64,000 nt of DNA, from assembly GCA_964016885.1 (NCBI GenBank), contig OZ024742.1, positions 150,102,001-150,166,000 of the forward strand. Direction: 5' to 3'. Shown here piece after piece: positions 1 through 13,862 of this stretch. Below the pieces are notes generated by a model, which saw nothing but the letters and a program-made list of their open reading frames with translations, was not told the DNA's origin and did not search any database. The position numbers and the translations under genes are program-made. Each line of letters starts with the position of its first letter. The first letter of the stretch is position 1. Origin of the DNA: Eledone cirrhosa (taxonomy: Eukaryota).

Positions 1-432
1 CAGTTTTTATTACCCCCCCCCCCCCCTCACCCTTATTAAATTTTGCTAATCTATCTCCAGCGAAATTTTATTGTAAGTGATTCATATTGATACAGCAACT
101 GGAGAATCTAATAATTTTATTTTATTTTACATTAAAAAAACATTATATATGACAAAAAAAATTACATTACAAGAAATCCCATATTTACGAACGTACACTA
201 TACAATTAACGATCCCCCGTTTACCCCCCCCCCCCCCACACTTATAAGAATTTAAGCAAATGTCCAAGCGCTTTGCTTATTCCACCTCCCTATTATTTGG
301 GACCCGAGAGTATGTATATATTCATTTAGCAGTTAAACTACGCGCATGTTATTATTGAACGCACAATGCTGTTTCGAGAAGGACAAGGTCCGTATACGAT
401 CTATTGAATATTTCTTTTCTATTTCCAAAGAA

Positions 433-525
433 TCCCTCTGATGACGGAATCTTCCAATATTGGTTATCTTAATTTATTAGGATAATCATATTTGTTTCTT
501 AATTCCAGAAACTGCAGCTCAGGGA
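433..525 (+). ncRNA. Degenerate type I hammerhead ribozyme (PLE-type)
   Basis: tccct-CTGATGA(438-444)-cggaat...attcca-GAAA-ctgcag-c-TC-aggga: stem I tccct/aggga, stem II ggaat/attcc, palindromic stem III ctgcag with one extra C. Confidence 0.55.
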
Positions 526-654
526 GTTGATGCGAGCGAAACTTTCTAATGTTAGTTTGTCTAATTTTTAATTTCCCCCAATGGAGATTTTGGCAGAAGT
601 TAAACTATGCATATATATATATATATAGGCGTTAAACAGAATAACTCTAATTAT

Positions 655-1815
655 TTTGAGCCAAACATAAATTTACGCGACTGGTAAACCAAGTGAATTG
701 ATGCCGCTGGTACCAGAAATTGTTTTTGGACAAGTGCGGGACCGGATGGTGTGTGGAGACTTTGGTTGAGTTGAATCTGTAACTGAATATTGAACACATT
801 ATAATATATAGGCTGGGATCGTGTACATGGAGGGGTTATTTGATGTATAAATCCAGCTTGTAATTCATGTGTCTGGATGTGATTGTTACGTTTGAGTAAT
901 AATTTATATCCAACAATTTTGATTGATTTACATATGTTGTGTTATTTGGACCGATTGGTATTCTACAGACAATACCATTTCTATTTAACCCCTAGAAATC
1001 TGGGAAATATGTAACCAATTAGTCTATACTATGCTGTTATTATACATGTGCAATAATTTGCCGGTTTGTTTTACAGTAACTAATTTAATAACATTGCATC
1101 AGCCCTATCTTACAATAATTACGATTTGCTTGTGCATAGCTTGCTTTTGTGCCATGCCTGTCTATATACCTGTTATACTCAGCTCTATCCTCTAATAATT
1201 TACTTGTGTATGACTTGTGCTTTTGTGATACCTACCTATATGCTTGTGAGCACCCATTGGCTGCATAATTTGGGTACCTACCAGTATACCTTGTGTATGT
1301 ATATCATGGTGGAGATTCGGATTACTGTAGTCTTTGTGGATGTACCAAAGGGACTTCCTAACACTTTAATTATAAGTTACGGAGATCCTATTCATTCGTG
1401 TTGGTAGGGACCTGCACTTGTATTCTTTTGGCTTCTGTATGTGCTTATTTATTTATTATTTTATTTCATTTTATTATTTTAATTATTTTTTATATTTTGT
1501 ATTACTATATTATAATTTTTATTAGGTTTTAACCATTGCCTGTATTTTTTGTATTTTTGTAATTTTTGCTTTTGTATTTTTTGCTTTTTCATATTTTGTG
1601 TGCCATCTATTATATCTACATCTTGTTGAATCCGCCTATGCACTGGCATTTAGTTGAGGTGCTTAACAACCCCAGCATGCACCCCCTCCTTGTTCGCCAC
1701 CTCCGATCTCCCTATTTTTACTCTCTGCTCTTGTACATTGAGCTAACACAATACTGTCATAATACAACATGGTGCATGTGTGTTTATGCACAGATGCTCC
1801 GTGATATACATAAAT
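655..1815. repeat. Dispersed repeat, diverged paralog of 28745-29315 + 32078-32770
   Basis: Colinear shared blocks, e.g. gtgtggagacttt, ttgaacacattat, tgttatactcagctctatcc, taagttacgg(g)agatcctattca, gtgcttaacaacccca. Confidence 0.7.
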
Positions 1816-1822
1816 AAATATA

Positions 1823-2032
1823 TAAGAATTTGCAAAGTGATAAGAATTGCAGCTTTTCATAAACTTTATTTCATATTACATGATTCTATATCGATCAGCT
1901 CGGGTTTGAAGAAGTGTCGATTAAGAGTCGGGATTTGATCGCATGATCAAACCCGAGCTGATCGATATAGAAGCATGTAATATGAAATAGAGTTTACGAA
2001 AAGCTGCAATTCTTATCACTTTGCAAATTCTT
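1823..2032. repeat. Fold-back inverted repeat (~85-bp arms)
   Basis: taagaatttgcaaagtgataagaattgcagc...ctcgggtttga is mirrored by tcaaacccgag...gctgcaattcttatcactttgcaaattctta. Confidence 0.85.
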
Positions 2033-2152
2033 ATTGCCACTCTGCAAACTACAGCTGCCTTAAAACTGGAGTACAAGCCAACGAGAGACGGACCCAGTAA
2101 CAGCATCGAGTGCTTCGACCAGCGTCGCCGCTAGTAACAAGTTACTCACATA

Positions 2153-2252
<100 letters not shown>

Positions 2253-2486
2253 GTATTTATACAATTGGTATCCACCTATTTAAGGTGAGGCAGATAATAT
2301 TGATCGAACTCGATGCAGCGTTGTAGAGGTGTTTGATCATTCGATTTACCATAATCAATAAGCCCTCTGAAACGATCGTAAAACAATGAAATACTCGTAA
2401 CAACTTCCATCTGACTTTTTTTTTTTTCATTGTTCAAAATACATACACTCATAGAAATATATATATATGTGTGTGTGTGTGCGTGC

Positions 2487-2593
<107 letters not shown>

Positions 2594-2774
2594 ATGTTAA
2601 GTTATCGATATATATTAAATGTATGATGATCATGTTTCTCAATAAAAACCTTACTCAGAGGTTCAGAACATCAATTATTAAAATTTTAAAGATAAATGGA
2701 GAGGAAAAAAAGAAAACATATCGTTTGAGAAATACGTATCATTTTATCTCTCCCATATTACCACCGCTGCTGCC

Positions 2775-3245
2775 CCTACGGTCTGATCGAACCTATCTGA
2801 CCGTTCCGCGGTGGCAAACCCCTCGTCTGGGATGCCACTTGCAGCGACACTTTCTCCAGCCGCAACCTGGTGCAATCTGCGACTAACCTAGATTCTGCTG
2901 CACGTCGGGCTGTAGAGGCCAAACTCTCCAAGTAGCGGTCGCTCTCCGACAGGTTTGTGGTCGTGCCCTTAGCAGTGGAGACTTCTGGTGCCCTTGGCCC
3001 TAGGGCTACCTCCGTACACACCACCATAGGCGCTGTGCTGGCCAGCCGCAAGTGTGAACCTCGCGAGTTGGAATGGCTCTTCCAGCGCATCTCCCTTACC
3101 ATCCTCCGGGGAAACGCCTTCTCCATTCTGTCCGCCGGGGCTGTGGGTAGGCCAGCACGTGGGACCCCATTTGCTCACCATACGGAGAGATGGAGGCGAT
3201 GGCAGTGGGAGTTCGGCCCTTCCACGTTCGGACCATATCCTTGTC
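2775..3245 (+). mobile_element. 3' fragment of CRE-like non-LTR retrotransposon (restriction-like endonuclease domain)
   Basis: Reads GKPLVWDATCSDT...AKLSK*...FVVVPLAVETSGALG...LFQRISLTILRGNAFSIL, typical of RLE C-termini; shorter copies at 19315-19470 and 48220-48385. Confidence 0.7.
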
Positions 3246-3401
3246 GTTGCGTTCATTATCTATAGTATACATTTATATAACTGCTATAGATAAGACAATA
3301 TGTCAATATGATCAACCCTCCGAAACTATCGCAAGACAATGACATGAATAGGTAAAATAACTTGACTTTGTTGTTATTTTCATTGTTAATTTAATACCTA
3401 A

Positions 3402-3444
3402 TAACTATATATATATACATAACTATATATATATATATATATAG

Positions 3445-3534
<90 letters not shown>

Positions 3535-3551
3535 CTATATATATATATATA

Positions 3552-3620
<69 letters not shown>

Positions 3621-3635
3621 CTATATATATATATA

Positions 3636-3722
<87 letters not shown>

Positions 3723-3845
3723 CTATATATATATATATATATATATAACTATATATATATATATATATATATAACTATATATATATATATATATATATAA
3801 CTATATATATATATATATATATAACTATATATATATATATATATA

Positions 3846-3932
<87 letters not shown>

Positions 3933-3955
3933 CTATATATATGTATATATATATA

Positions 3956-3998
<43 letters not shown>

Positions 3999-4015
3999 CT
4001 ATATATATATATATA

Positions 4016-4047
<32 letters not shown>

Positions 4048-4073
4048 ACTATATATATATATATATATATATA

Positions 4074-4142
<69 letters not shown>

Positions 4143-4159
4143 CTATATATATATATATA

Positions 4160-4221
<62 letters not shown>

Positions 4222-4250
4222 ACTATATATATATATATGTATATATATAT
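3402..4250. repeat. (TA)n microsatellite repeatedly interrupted by AAC
   Basis: Direct reading. Confidence 0.95.
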
Positions 4251-4329
4251 ACAAACCTACACAAATTGCCCTTACGTTTTGTCCGTTTGTTTTCTTTCTT
4301 CTAAAGTACAAAGAGAGATTGGTAATTGG

Positions 4330-4901
4330 GTTATTGTTGTTGTTAGACGTGCTGCTGATGGTGATGATGATGGTGATGGTGACGGCGTGGTGGTGGTGTG
4401 GTGGTGGTGGTGGCGGTTCCGGTGATGATGGTGCTGAGATGATGAGAGTAGTAGTTGTGATAGTAGGGATGGTGGTGTTAGTGGTGCTGATGTTGGTTGT
4501 TGTGGTGACATTATTGTCGGAAACCCTGCTTTGCAGCATAGAGTTACGGCTCTTTACGGTCTAAGTTCAAATCCCGCCTAGGTTAACTTTGCCTTTCATC
4601 CTTACGGGGGTCGATAAAATAAAGTACCAGTCACGCACTGGGGGCGATTTAATCGACTTTCCCCTGCCCCAACATTGCTGGCCTTGTGCCTATATAAGAA
4701 ACCATTTTTGTTGGTAATGGCTGCAGGTGGTGTTGTAGAGTGTGGTGGTGGTGGTGGTGGTGACGAGGATTCTGGTGATAGTTGGCAGTAGTGTTAGTGA
4801 AGAAGATGATGATGATGATGATGATGATGATGATACCAGAGTAGATACTTATTGTGATGTTGCTGATAATGACGGGATTGGTGATCATGATGTTGAAAAG
4901 T

Positions 4902-4934
<33 letters not shown>

Positions 4935-5060
4935 GTCGTGGAAGTGGTGGTGGTGGTGATGGTGGTGGTGGAGGCGATGGTGTTGGTTTGTAGTGGAGGT
5001 GGTTGTGGTGAGTGTGATGATGAGAAGGAAGTGGAGTAGGAGGAGCGGGTGGAGGTGGAT
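4330..5060. repeat. (GGT)n/(GAT)n low-complexity tract containing a SINE at ~4510-4700
   Basis: Trinucleotide runs; SINE core gcctttcatccttacggggtcgataaaataaagtaccag. Confidence 0.85.
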
Positions 5061-5396
5061 TAATGTCACAAACTGCTTAACATTTTAAAACACAATACGT
5101 ACTTTAAAACACTTGATGCATGCCATCAGACAATAATAGAAATTTACTACACTTACACATGCATAAACACACACATACACACACACACACATACACATAC
5201 ATACACATACAAACACAATCAAGCAAATAAACACACTCAAACACACACAACACACACTCTCGGAGAAACACAAATATGCACACACAGTGCATACAAAATA
5301 GAGGACGATGCATAGATAAGCACAGATATTCAAATTTACAATATGCATATATATGAGTGTGCATATGTTGTTGTGTGTGTGTGTATGAGTTGAAAG

Positions 5397-5533
<137 letters not shown>

Positions 5534-5556
5534 GTATATATATATATATATATATA

Positions 5557-5594
<38 letters not shown>

Positions 5595-5620
5595 TTATAA
5601 ATGTTCATTCAATAATAAAT

Positions 5621-5667
5621 TGCTCCGAAGAATCCAAACCTCGGTTTGGAGGAAACAGTTGTAAGCA
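5621..5667 (+). ncRNA. Hammerhead ribozyme relic (U4C core mutation)
   Basis: tgct-CCGAAGA-a-tccaaac/gtttgga-g-GAAA-cagttg-TA-agca. Confidence 0.6.
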
Positions 5668-6243
5668 TAAACATGTTTTGAACAGTTCCTTGATTCTTAT
5701 AATTCATATAACTGCTCTGTAAATCATCTGATGTTTTTACATTGAGCTATTTAACTTACTGGTAATAAGGTAGTAATATATTACTGCCTACCACTATTTA
5801 GGGTTTATATAAAAATATATATAACTGCAAAAGGTTTTTGTATTTACATAACCATAAATAGTATAATTAATACTATATATATATATATACAAGTAAAAAT
5901 TAGCGAGAATCGAATTTCAGCCTATGAAATAACGAAAAAACACTTTCGAATTGTGACGCAAGCGCTCAATAATTCAAAAGAATTAGAGCTTACAACTTAC
6001 GTTAAAGGCCAAACACACTGACATGGTGGTTAAACTAATTATCCACACAGCGAAGACTCGATCTCCTATTTCGGGTCAAACAGATATACAGATATAAAAA
6101 TATATGAAAGCATAAATGTTTTTTACTCACCGGACCTGGAATGATGGTAAAGTCCAGTGTTGGGGTTTCTGCGCCTCCATAAGTCATTTACTGTCCACTT
6201 ACATAAAGGATGTTAAGTTTCTCGTATATATATATATATATAC

Positions 6244-6418
<175 letters not shown>

Positions 6419-6594
6419 TATATATATATATATATATATTGTTATACTTTGGGAGGGTCATGTTGCCAATAAGTTGCCAACAAATTCAGAAACGAAATAT
6501 ATATATATATATATACAGATATATATATATATATATATACTGCCAAGACTGGAATTGAACCATCAGCACAGTTGAGGTATGTCAGGCAACAATT

Positions 6595-6660
6595 TATTTT
6601 ATCTGATGAGGACGTACTGAGGAAACAGCACAGTACCTCTGAAATATATATAATAAAATA
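6595..6660 (+). ncRNA. Type I hammerhead ribozyme
   Basis: tattttat-CTGATGA-gg..gtactg/cagtac..-GAAA-tatata-TA-ataaaata: 8-bp stem I, palindromic stem III. Confidence 0.7.
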
Positions 6661-6807
6661 TATTTGATCACATGAATGTCTATATTTATTAATATTTTGA
6701 ATTAATATATATATATATGTGTGTGTGTCGGATGGTAGCTAAGATACTTCCATAGGTGGTATATCGGTTGAGCACTCTATGCTCTTACAGAGCAGAGTAT
6801 GATATAA

Positions 6808-7093
6808 TATAAAACGAAAAATCAGTGATGCATCTGAACTCAATTTATTGTCTGTTACAATTGTTTCGCCGGGGGACAACTCGAGACGCGATCATTGTGT
6901 GGATCTGTCTGATTCTGGACCCGCAGGTTCGACGGACACGTCTAATGATTTCGGAGCATATTCTTCCAGGGGGCTATCTGACTCTGAATCAGACAGATCC
7001 ACACAATGATCGCGTCTCGAGCTGTCCGCCGGCGAAACAATTGTAACACACAATAAATTGAGTTCAGATGCATCACTGATTTTTCGTTTTATA
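6808..7093. repeat. Fold-back repeat carrying the 3' half of a hammerhead
   Basis: ~105-bp inverted arms; right arm has GAAA-caattg-TA at 7034-7045. Confidence 0.8.
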
Positions 7094-7927
7094 AATTTTC
7101 AATCACATATATTTTCAATCACATATATTTTTATTTGTTTGACCCGAATTACTTGGTCGTTTTTATGGTTGTGCGGATGATTGTTTAACCATCGTCTCAG
7201 TGTGTTTGGCCTTTAACGTATGTTGTAGCTCTGGTTCATCTGAATCATTGAGCGCTTGCCACACATCTCGGAAGTTGTTTTTCGTTAATTCCTAAGCCGA
7301 AATACGATTCTCGCTAATTTATATTTGTATTAATCTCCAGAGTCTAGCTATTGACCAGTTAATTTTCTTGATTTTTTTAGTTGATTCTATTGACTGATGA
7401 ATAGCTTATGTTAACTTATAACCATTCTGTTAAGAGCTTAATTCGTTTTGTGATGTTTTGCATTCTTGCAATAATATACACATACTGAATTCATCCGCCT
7501 AAAATAAGGGTTGCCTCACTTGCTGAGCCCCACGTGGGGTCGGTAACGGTCATTCCTTAAATTAGCATTCGAACTAAAACCTGTTGAAAAAGTGGCTTCC
7601 TTGTTCAATCATCTTACCAGAAGCCTAACATTATTTGTGTAAGCGGACAGTACTTGATTTAGGAGTCGCAGAAACCCAAATGCTGGATTTTACCAACCAT
7701 CCAGGGATCCGGGTAAATTTTCAATCACATATATTTTTATTTGTTTGACCCGAATTACTTGGGCGTTTTTATGGTTGTGCGGATGATTGTTTAACCATCG
7801 TCTCAGTGTGTTTGGCCTTTAACGTGTGTTGTAGCTCTGGTTTATCTGAATCATTGAGTGCTTGCCACACATCTCACAAGTTGTTTTTCGTTAATTCCTA
7901 AGCCGAAATACGATTCTCGCTAATTTA

Positions 7928-7930
<3 letters not shown>
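7094..7930 (+). repeat. ~605-bp unit with terminal direct repeat; inverted paralog at ~5890-6165
   Basis: 7110-7325 is repeated at 7716-7930; diverged reverse copy at ~5890-6165; ends in (TA)n. Confidence 0.75.
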
Positions 7931-8017
<87 letters not shown>

Positions 8018-8461
8018 AGGGTATCAAACTTACGATCTTAGGATCGTGAATCGAACAACCCAAGCACTAACCATGCACCTTCATTCCCCGCCCAATATAT
8101 ATATATGTATGTATAGTTCCATACTCATAGCCCCTGAATCTAATTCTTACCTTTTCTTCTCTCAAAATATATCCCTTATACGTACACCGAAGAAGCGGTT
8201 GACAAACACCAATTGAGACATGCTATCTGGACTGATAAGGAAGCCTAAGATTTCGCAATAATTTTCGTCCGTATACAAATTATATATATACATATATATT
8301 TATACTTTTTAGTGTATCTGTTCTTCCCGAAGAAGGACTTCTGTCCAAAACTTCGAAACCTCATGCACTTCCACCAAGAGTGAACCTAATATAACTGTGT
8401 AAAAATTGCCGCCTGTGTTTTGTTTATATATATATATAAACATATATGTATATATATATAT

Positions 8462-8548
<87 letters not shown>

Positions 8549-8551
<3 letters not shown>

Positions 8552-8851
8552 TGTACCCCCGTCATTCGCAGTTTCAACATTCGTGGTCCCTGTTATTCGC
8601 GGAATTTTCCTTAGAACCTAAATAATAATTGTTCGTGGAAACCACCACATACTCGCGGAATCGTAAATATCTACCGCGATATATTTTATGGCTTTTTTCG
8701 TGGTAATAAATGTTTTTAACTCTAAATTATTAATAACAATATACCGTATTTGCCGGCCTATTGGCCGCCCCTTTGCATAAGACGTAATGCCATCTTGCGG
8801 ATGCCTGTTTGCATTAGAACGTAATCCTCCGCGAATACCGGAGGACAACTG
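8549..8851. mobile_element. Tc1/mariner (Tigger/pogo-like) MITE
   Basis: TA-CAGTGTACCCCCG...ccgcgaataccggaggacaaCTG-TA imperfect TIRs. Confidence 0.55.
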
Positions 8852-9164
8852 TATATATATATATATGGGGGGGGGGTCTGTATGTGTGTGTATGTGTGTG
8901 TGTGTGTACATACATAAATATGTATTAGATATTAATTTAACAATGAAAATAATAACAAAGTGAAGTTATTTTGCATATTCATATTATTGTTTTACGATCG
9001 TTTCGGAGGGTTGATCGTATTGACATATTGACTGATCTATAGCAGTTACATAACTGTATACTATCAGACATCATATATAGGTTTAATTAGACCGTCTTCT
9101 TCGGAAACAATATATATGTGTGTGTGTGTGTATGTGCGTGTATACATATATATATATGTAAATA

Positions 9165-9242
<78 letters not shown>

Positions 9243-9361
9243 AAAGTTCTATTTAAATTGTTGGGATACAACAAGCAAATATTTTTATAATTGATATAAA
9301 GAACTAAACAAATATTTGGAGTAAAATAAAAATATATATATAGAGAGAGAGAGGAGAGAGA

Positions 9362-9456
<95 letters not shown>

Positions 9457-9558
9457 AGGATTTAGCTTCAGGCATAGCTGTATACAGATATGTATAGAAA
9501 TTCCATATTTCTAAAGAAACACGGTATGTTTACAGGTAAACATTTAGAAAGCCGTAGC

Positions 9559-9614
<56 letters not shown>

Positions 9615-9723
9615 TGTGTGTCTGTCTCTCTGTCTCTCTCTATCTCTCTCTCTCTCCATATATATATGTCTGTGTGTCTGTCTGTCTCTCTGTCTCTCTG
9701 TTTCTCTCTATCTCTCTCTCTCT

Positions 9724-9770
<47 letters not shown>

Positions 9771-9893
9771 TGTGTGTCTGTCTGTCCGTCTCTGTCTCTT
9801 TGTCTCTCTCTATCTCTCTCTCTCTCCATATATATATGTCTGTGTGTCTGTCTGTCTCTGTCTCTCTGTTTCTCTCTATCTCTCTCTCTCTCC

Positions 9894-9935
<42 letters not shown>

Positions 9936-10091
9936 CTGTCTGCCTGTCTATGTCTCTCTCTGTCTCTCTCTATCTCTCTCTCTCTCCATATATATATATA
10001 TATAGATATACATATCTGTTATTTTTATCTCAAGACATTTTTTCCAATTCCAACCCATCCATCCCTTCAATCTATCTTATTTCTCATTCTT

Positions 10092-10127
10092 TCTTCTGGT
10101 GAAGGACTAGCATCCGAAACGTCAAGA
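10092..10127 (+). ncRNA. Minimal PLE-type hammerhead (core CTGGTGA, probably inactivated)
   Basis: tctt-CTGGTGA-a-gga/tcc-GAAA-cg-TC-aaga. Confidence 0.6.
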
Positions 10128-10252
10128 CCCTCTTCCTGCTATATCAAGCGTTAACCTAATATATTCCTTCCATATACTGTACCGATCGTGTTGTTATTTC
10201 TGTTTACATTTTACACACACACACACACATATATATTGTTATTTCTGTTTAC

Positions 10253-10354
<102 letters not shown>

Positions 10355-10613
10355 CATTATGAAGAGAGAAGAAACATTTAGATATAATTAGTAATAAAAT
10401 GTATCATACCTAAACTGCTCCTCGCCTTCTTCACCACCTCTTCTACGGCCTCGATATGAATACCCCCTCCGCCTCCGTGGTATTTTCTTCGTGGTTATAA
10501 GAGGCTTAGCTCTGTTTCTCGACCGTTATATCGCGTGACTATCTCCCCCTCCGCCTTTTGGGATTCTTTCTCACGTCGTGTAGACGCGTTCTTGAGACTA
10601 GTAAAATGAGGTA

Positions 10614-10703
10614 TCCTCTTGATAAGTCGGCAGACCTCGCAAGGACTCTATATCTTTATGATATATTGTTTTTGTTTATGCCACGAAACTACGTAGTCGA
10701 GGA
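10614..10703 (+). ncRNA. Type I hammerhead with U3-A8 core variant
   Basis: tcctc-TTGATAA-gt(c)ggca...tgccac-GAAA-ctacgtag-TC-gagga. Confidence 0.7.
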
Positions 10704-11208
10704 ATCTAGGAGCAGTTTAGGTATGATACATTTTATTACTAATTATATCTAAATGTTTCTTCTCTCTTCATAATGTATTTTTAACTCTGATACTGGTTCA
10801 GTCTAGTTCAACTGAATTGGTCTGTCCCAGTCATTCATTGAGCAACATCGGTGAAGTTGGCACCCTTAACTCACAGTTGGGTGCGGATGCATTCATGTAT
10901 ATATGTGCGTGTCCGCATGTATCTGTGTGTTTCTAAATATATTGTTAATAACTCCCTCTGGTCGAGCAATCTTTGAAGTGTGGGGACAACTGGAAAGCTT
11001 CCATTACTCATACTTCTCGCCTTCTTCACCATCTCTTCTACGGCCTCGATATGAATACCCCCTCCGCCTCCGTGGTATTTTCTTCGTGGTTATAAGAGGC
11101 TTAGCTCTGTTTCTCGACCGTTATATCGCGTGACTATCTCCCCCTCCGCCTTTTGGGATTCTTTCTCACGTCGTGTAGACGCGTTCTTGAGACTAGTAAA
11201 ATGAGGTA

Positions 11209-11298
11209 TCCTCTTGATAAGTCGGCAGACCTCGCAAGGACTCTATATCTTTATGATATATTGTTTTTGTTTATGCCACGAAACTACGTAGTCGAGGA
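11209..11298 (+). ncRNA. Second copy of the U3-A8 hammerhead
   Basis: Same sequence as 10614-10703 at +595. Confidence 0.7.
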
Positions 11299-11560
11299 AT
11301 CTAGGAGCAGTTTAGGTATGATACATTTTATTACTAATTATATCTAAATGTTTCTTCTCTCTTCATAATGTATTTTTAACTCTGATACTGGTTCAGTCTA
11401 GTTCAACTGAATTGGTCTGTCCCAGTCATTCATTGAGCAACATCGGTGAAGTTGGCACCCTTAACTCACAGTTGGGTGCGGATGCATTCATGTATATATG
11501 TGCGTGTCCGCATGTATCTGTGTGTTTCTAAATATATTGTGTGTATATATATATATATAT

Positions 11561-13862
11561 ATTGGAATAAATGCTCTGAAATAGCGATATATATGTGAAT
11601 ATAGACATAGAATATTCGAAAATATTCTGTATGTTTATAATAAACATTTTGAAGACCTAATCGCTATAGAATAGAATACGTCACATATTACAATTAGATT
11701 CTCGATAAAAGCAAGGGAAGTAATCTACGCGTTTCATTCTTATTAGAAATCTTCAGGACTACATATCCATTGCTTTTATCGAGAATGACACAGCTAGAGA
11801 CTTATAGAATACTTAGCTGTGTACAGGAACTGGTTTGAAAGAGCGGTTGCCGGTCCGGCAGAAATTAGAAATTGGAATAAATGCTCTGAAATAGCGATAT
11901 ATATGTGAATATAGACATAGAATATTCGAAAATATTCTGTATGTTTATAATAAACATTTTGAAGACCTAATCGCTATAGAATAGAATACGTCACATATTA
12001 CAATTAGATTCTCGATAAAAGCAAGGGAAGTAATCTACGCGTTTCATTCTTATTAGAAATCTTCAGGACTACATATCCATTGCTTTTATCGAGAATGACA
12101 CAGCTAGAGACTTATAGAATACTTAGCTGTGTACAGGAACTGGTTTGAAAGAGCGGTTGCCGGTCCGGCAGAAATTAGAAATTGGAATAAATGCTCTGAA
12201 ATAGCGATATATATGTGAATATAGACATAGAATATTCGAAAATATTCTGTATGTTTATAATAAACATTTTGAAGACCTAATCGCTATAGAATAGAATACG
12301 TCACATATTACAATTAGATTCTCGATAAAAGCAAGGGAAGTAATCTACGCGTTTCATTCTTATTAGAAATCTTCAGGACTACATATCCATTGCTTTTATC
12401 GAGAATGACACAGCTAGAGACTTATAGAATACTTAGCTGTGTACAGGAACTGGTTTGAAAGAGCGGTTGCCGGTCCGGCAGAAATTAGAAATTGGAATAA
12501 ATGCTCTGAAATAGCGATATATATGTGAATATAGACATAGAATATTCGAAAATATTCTGTATGTTTATAATAAACATTTTGAAGACCTAATCGCTATAGA
12601 ATAGAATACGTCACATATTACAATTAGATTCTCGATAAAAGCAAGGGAAGTAATCTACGCGTTTCATTCTTATTAGAAATCTTCAGGACTACATATCCAT
12701 TGCTTTTATCGAGAATGACACAGCTAGAGACTTATAGAATACTTAGCTGTGTACAGGAACTGGTTTGAAAGAGCGGTTGCCGGTCCGGCAGAAATTAGAA
12801 ATTGGAATAAATGCTCTGAAATAGCGATATATATGTGAATATAGACATAGAATATTCGAAAATATTCTGTATGTTTATAATAAACATTTTGAAGACCTAA
12901 TCGCTATAGAATAGAATACGTCACATATTACAATTAGATTCTCGATAAAAGCAAGGGAAGTAATCTACGCGTTTCATTCTTATTAGAAATCTTCAGGACT
13001 ACATATCCATTGCTTTTATCGAGAATGACACAGCTAGAGACTTATAGAATACTTAGCTGTGTACAGGAACTGGTTTGAAAGAGCGGTTGCCGGTCCGGCA
13101 GAAATTAGAAATTGGAATAAATGCTCTGAAATAGCGATATATATGTGAATATAGACATAGAATATTCGAAAATATTCTGTATGTTTATAATAAACATTTT
13201 GAAGACCTAATCGCTATAGAATAGAATACGTCACATATTACAATTAGATTCTCGATAAAAGCAAGGGAAGTAATCTACGCGTTTCATTCTTATTAGAAAT
13301 CTTCAGGACTACATATCCATTGCTTTTATCGAGAATGACACAGCTAGAGACTTATAGAATACTTAGCTGTGTACAGGAACTGGTTTGAAAGAGCGGTTGC
13401 CGGTCCGGCAGAAATTAGAAATTGGAATAAATGCTCTGAAATAGCGATATATATGTGAATATAGACATAGAATATTCGAAAATATTCTGTATGTTTATAA
13501 TAAACATTTTGAAGACCTAATCGCTATAGAATAGAATACGTCACATATTACAATTAGATTCTCGATAAAAGCAAGGGAAGTAATCTACGCGTTTCATTCT
13601 TATTAGAAATCTTCAGGACTACATATCCATTGCTTTTATCGAGAATGACACAGCTAGAGACTTATAGAATACTTAGCTGTGTACAGGAACTGGTTTGAAA
13701 GAGCGGTTGCCGGTCCGGCAGAAATTAGAAATTGGAATAAATGCTCTGAAATAGCGATATATATGTGAATATAGACATAGAATATTCGAAAATATTCTGT
13801 ATGTTTATAATAAACATTTTGAAGACCTAATCGCTATAGAATAGAATACGTCACATATTACA
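11561..13862 (-). mobile_element. Left arm of 310-bp hammerhead tandem array (7.4 units, 7 HHRs on the minus strand)
   Basis: attggaataa recurs at 11561, 11871, 12181 ... 13731; reverse-complement HHR at 11720-11762 + 310n. Confidence 0.9.

Noticed and set aside
7392-7450. CTGATGA as a hammerhead core
   Set aside because: No matching GAAA and stem III at a pairing position
8180-8362. Two hammerhead-like motifs (CCGAAGA...)
   Set aside because: Multiple core mutations and no convincing stem I or III
10558-11347. Duplicated 64-aa ORF as a small gene
   Set aside because: TTG start, produced by the 595-bp repeat, overlaps the hammerhead, no recognisable domain
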